Assembly: GCF_006345805.1 (NCBI RefSeq) | Contig: NW_021827446.1 | Location: 1 to 10,394 of the forward strand | DNA from: Octopus sinensis | Lineage: Eukaryota | DNA length: 10,394 nt | Direction: 5' to 3' | Part shown: one piece after another, positions 8,391 through 10,394 of the stretch | Layout of the letters: each line of letters starts with the position of its first letter | How positions within the stretch are numbered: position 1 is the stretch's first letter | Notes under the pieces: generated by a model | The model's database searches: none | What the model was told of the DNA's origin: nothing | What the model saw: only the letters and a program-made list of their open reading frames with translations | Program-made: the position numbers and the translations under genes

Positions 8391-8642
8391 CATCATCGTC
8401 ATCATCATCATTTAGCGTCCACTTTCGATGCTAGCATGGGTTGGACGGTTCAACTGGGGTCTGGGAAGCCAGAAGGCTGCACCAGGCCCAGTCAGATCTG
8501 GCAATGTTTCTACGGCTGGATGCCCTTCCTAACGCCAACCACTCCATGAGTGTAGTGGGTGCTTTTTACGTGCCACTGGCACAGTGCCAGACGAGTCCAG
8601 CTAACGGCCACGATTGGATGGTGCTTTTTATGTGCCACCGGC
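8391..8642 (-). mobile_element. Family A retroposon, copy 2 (5'-truncated)
   Basis: (CAT)n tail, ttagcgtccactttcgatgctagcatggg..., ends in the second tandem unit at gtgccaccggc. Confidence 0.88.
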
Positions 8643-8825
8643 GCTGGGCAAAATGCTTAGCGGCATTTCACCCATCTTTGTTTTGCATTCAAATTCCACT
8701 GAGGTCGACTTTGCCTTTCATCTTTTCCGGGTCGATAAATAAGTACCAGTTGTGCACTGAGGTTGAAGAAATCGACTTGTTCCCTCCCAACAAATTTCAG
8801 ACTTGTGCCTATAGTTGAAAGGACT
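8643..8825 (+). mobile_element. Diverged family C-related SINE with a different 3' tail, abutting family A copy 2
   Basis: gggcaaaatgcttagcggcatttc...ttcaaattccactgaggtcgactttgcctttcatcttttccgggtcgataaataagtaccag; tail cttgtgcctatagttgaaagg differs from the other C copies. Confidence 0.75.
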
Positions 8826-8969
8826 ACAACCACCACCACCACCTCTTCCTCCTCCTGAAAGTAACTGAAGTAATGTAGAGACATCTTAGTATAAAAACTG
8901 GTCTGACAGTGATGCCTTGCTGTAAAGGTAAGGTGAGATGTGAAAACATCTTGGTATAAAGTTGGAGAT

Positions 8970-9277
8970 CATCATCATCGTTTAACGTCTGCTTTCCATG
9001 CTAGCATGGGTTGGATGGTTCAACTGGCGTCTGTGAAGCCAGAAGGCTGCACCAGGCCAGTCAGATCTGGCAGTGTTTCTACAGCTGGATGCCCTTCCTA
9101 ACGCCAACCACTCTGTGAGTGTAGTGGGTGCATTTTATGTGCCACGGACACAGGTTCCAGACAAGGCTGGCGAACAGCCACGCTCGGATGGTGTTTTTTT
9201 TATGTGCCACGGACACAGGTGCCAGACAAGGCTGGCGAACGGCCATGCTCGGATGGTGTTTTTTACATGCCACCGGC
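8970..9277 (-). mobile_element. Family A retroposon, copy 3 (about 2.3 tandem units); possible 5-bp TSD GAGAT
   Basis: (CAT)n tail; ends at catgccaccggc; gagat at 8965-8969 and 9278-9282 (short, could be chance). Confidence 0.88.
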
Positions 9278-9520
9278 GAGATAATTGTGCAATAATCATT
9301 TTTAATACAGAGGTAGAGCTGCTAATGGAATGCCATCTGGGTGATTATTGTGGCTATAATTTCTAAGAATTGTACGCTTTCATTCTCTCTGTCTTCAACC
9401 ATTATGAAAGAATATTGTTGTTTCTTTATATTTTTCTACAAGATGTGCAATCTCCAGACAAATTGCACTGTATGTGTTAGTGGTAGATTGAAGTAATATG
9501 AATGTAATTAAACTTTTAAG

Positions 9521-9546
9521 CTAATACTTTTTTCTCTGTATTTTAG
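9521..9546 (+). promoter_or_regulatory. Branch point, polypyrimidine tract and 3' splice site of the laminin exon
   Basis: CTAAT (9521-9525, branch A at 9524, 22 nt before the exon) followed by acttttttctctgtattttAG. Confidence 0.7.
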
Positions 9547-9707
9547 GTGATGTATTACTTCATGACAAAGGAGATACAAAAAAGAAATACTACTATGCTA
9601 TGTATGACATGACTGTCCGAGGAAGCTGTTCTTGTTATGGCCATTCTTCTCATTGTTCTCCAATTTCTTTCAACTCTGAAGCTGTTGGAATAACTGCCAG
9701 AGATATG
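9547..9707 (+). CDS. LAMB1: Internal coding exon of a laminin beta chain (LAMB1/LanB1-like): C-terminal end of the LN domain and start of the first LE (laminin EGF-like) repeat
   Basis: Acceptor ...tttttctctgtattttAG (AG 9545-9546), donor ATG|GTTAGT (GT 9708-9709). Starts phase 1 (gt completes a Gly codon), then 53 codons: (G)DVLLHDKGDTKKKYYYAMYDMTVRGSCSCYGHSSHCSPISFNSEAVGITARDM. This matches the laminin-beta motif GDxLL...KYYYAxYDMxVRGxCxCYGHAxxC...M (recalled from human LAMB1 and fly LanB1). Missed by the ORF track because it is a spliced exon. Paralog identity not verified. Confidence 0.93.
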
Positions 9708-9749
9708 GTTAGTATGTTTGTCTTCCTTGTAAGTGATATGTAGAATGGT

Positions 9750-10130
9750 GTGGAGGCGCAATGGCCCAGTGGTTAGGGCAGCGGACACGAAGTCGTAGGA
9801 TCGCGGTTTCGATTCCCAGACCGGGCGTTGTGAGTGTTTATTGAGCGAAAACACCTAAAAGCTCCACAAGGCTCCGGTAGGGATGGTGGTGATCCCTGCT
9901 GTACTCTTTCACCACAACTTTCTCTCACTCTTACTTGTTTCTGTTGTACCTGTATTTCAAAGGGCCGGCCTTGTCACTCTCTGTGTCACGCTGAATATCT
10001 CAGAGAACTACGTTAAGGGTACATGTGTCTGAGGAGTGCTCAGCCACTTACACGTTAATTTCACGAGCAGGCTGTTCCGTTGATTTGGATCAACCGGAAC
10101 CCTCGTCGTCGTAACCGACAGAGTGCTTCC
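9750..10130 (+). mobile_element. Family F tRNA-derived SINE (~380 bp) with 12-bp TSD
   Basis: A box TGGCCCAGTGG, B box GGTTTCGATTCC, long non-tRNA body ending ccctcgtcgtcgtaaccgacagagtgcttcc. TSD ATGTAGAATGGT at 9738-9749 and 10131-10142. Possibly one of the octopus OK/OR1/OR2 SINE families (not verified). Confidence 0.88.
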
Positions 10131-10353
10131 ATGTAGAATGGTATTAACAAAATGAGTTGACAGTATAGGTTTGAGTCATTCGCTTCATTCTAATGCTTGC
10201 AATGCCTTTCTTTAGACAAGCTGCATAACAAGACCTTTCACATCATTTTAACACAGTTATCCTTCCATTGTGGAAGTATTGTTCCTGAAAATGTGAATGT
10301 AATGTGGAATTCTGTAGCATAAAACCAATTTTTTCATTGATGTAGTCCTTTAA

Positions 10354-10394
10354 CCCTTTTGTTACTAACCCGGCTGAAACCAGCTCTGGCTCTA
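10354..10394. mobile_element. Start of a second family E piggyBac-type MITE, inverted relative to 5414-5634 and cut by the window end
   Basis: TTAA 10350-10353, then cccttttgttactaacccggctgaaaccagctctggctct; 41/45 identical to the reverse complement of 5594-5638. Confidence 0.8.

Larger units (their letters stand above)
1..9546 (+). other. Large repeat-filled intron of the laminin beta gene (upstream exon lies outside the window)
   Basis: No laminin LN-coding sequence (expected ...TNLRIxFxKLHTL) found upstream by eye; sequence is mostly recognisable repeats and microsatellites. Confidence 0.75.

Noticed and set aside
9752-9830. tRNA-like sequences here and at 3985, 4623, 7051 and 8315
   Set aside because: They are SINE heads: each continues into a repeated non-tRNA body, some have TSDs, and none has a clean cloverleaf with an oligo-T terminator.
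9555-9854. 99-aa minus-strand ORF
   Set aside because: Antisense shadow of the laminin exon plus a SINE head, with a non-ATG start.

Overview
Eukaryotic, AT-rich, repeat-dense DNA. The tRNA-derived SINEs, (TG)n/(CA)n tracts and TTAA MITEs look like an octopus (coleoid cephalopod) genome; this is inferred from recognising the repeats, not from a search. The only supportable coding sequence is one 161-nt internal exon (9547-9707, +) of a laminin beta-chain gene, covering the end of the LN domain and the start of LE1. The rest is intron (at least 9.5 kb upstream), roughly two-thirds repeats by manual tally. These comprise four tRNA-SINE families, an (ATG)n-tailed retroposon family, two piggyBac-type MITE families and a hAT MITE. 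There is also a 1.3-kb element with GGATC termini, long imperfect TIRs and an 8-bp TSD that splits a retroposon and itself carries the hAT MITE and a 170-bp foldback palindrome. All ORFs in the supplied track are judged spurious. No new multi-gene system is supported. The most interesting signals are the nested transposon, the foldback hairpin, and several inverted repeat pairs that could form long dsRNA in the laminin pre-mRNA.
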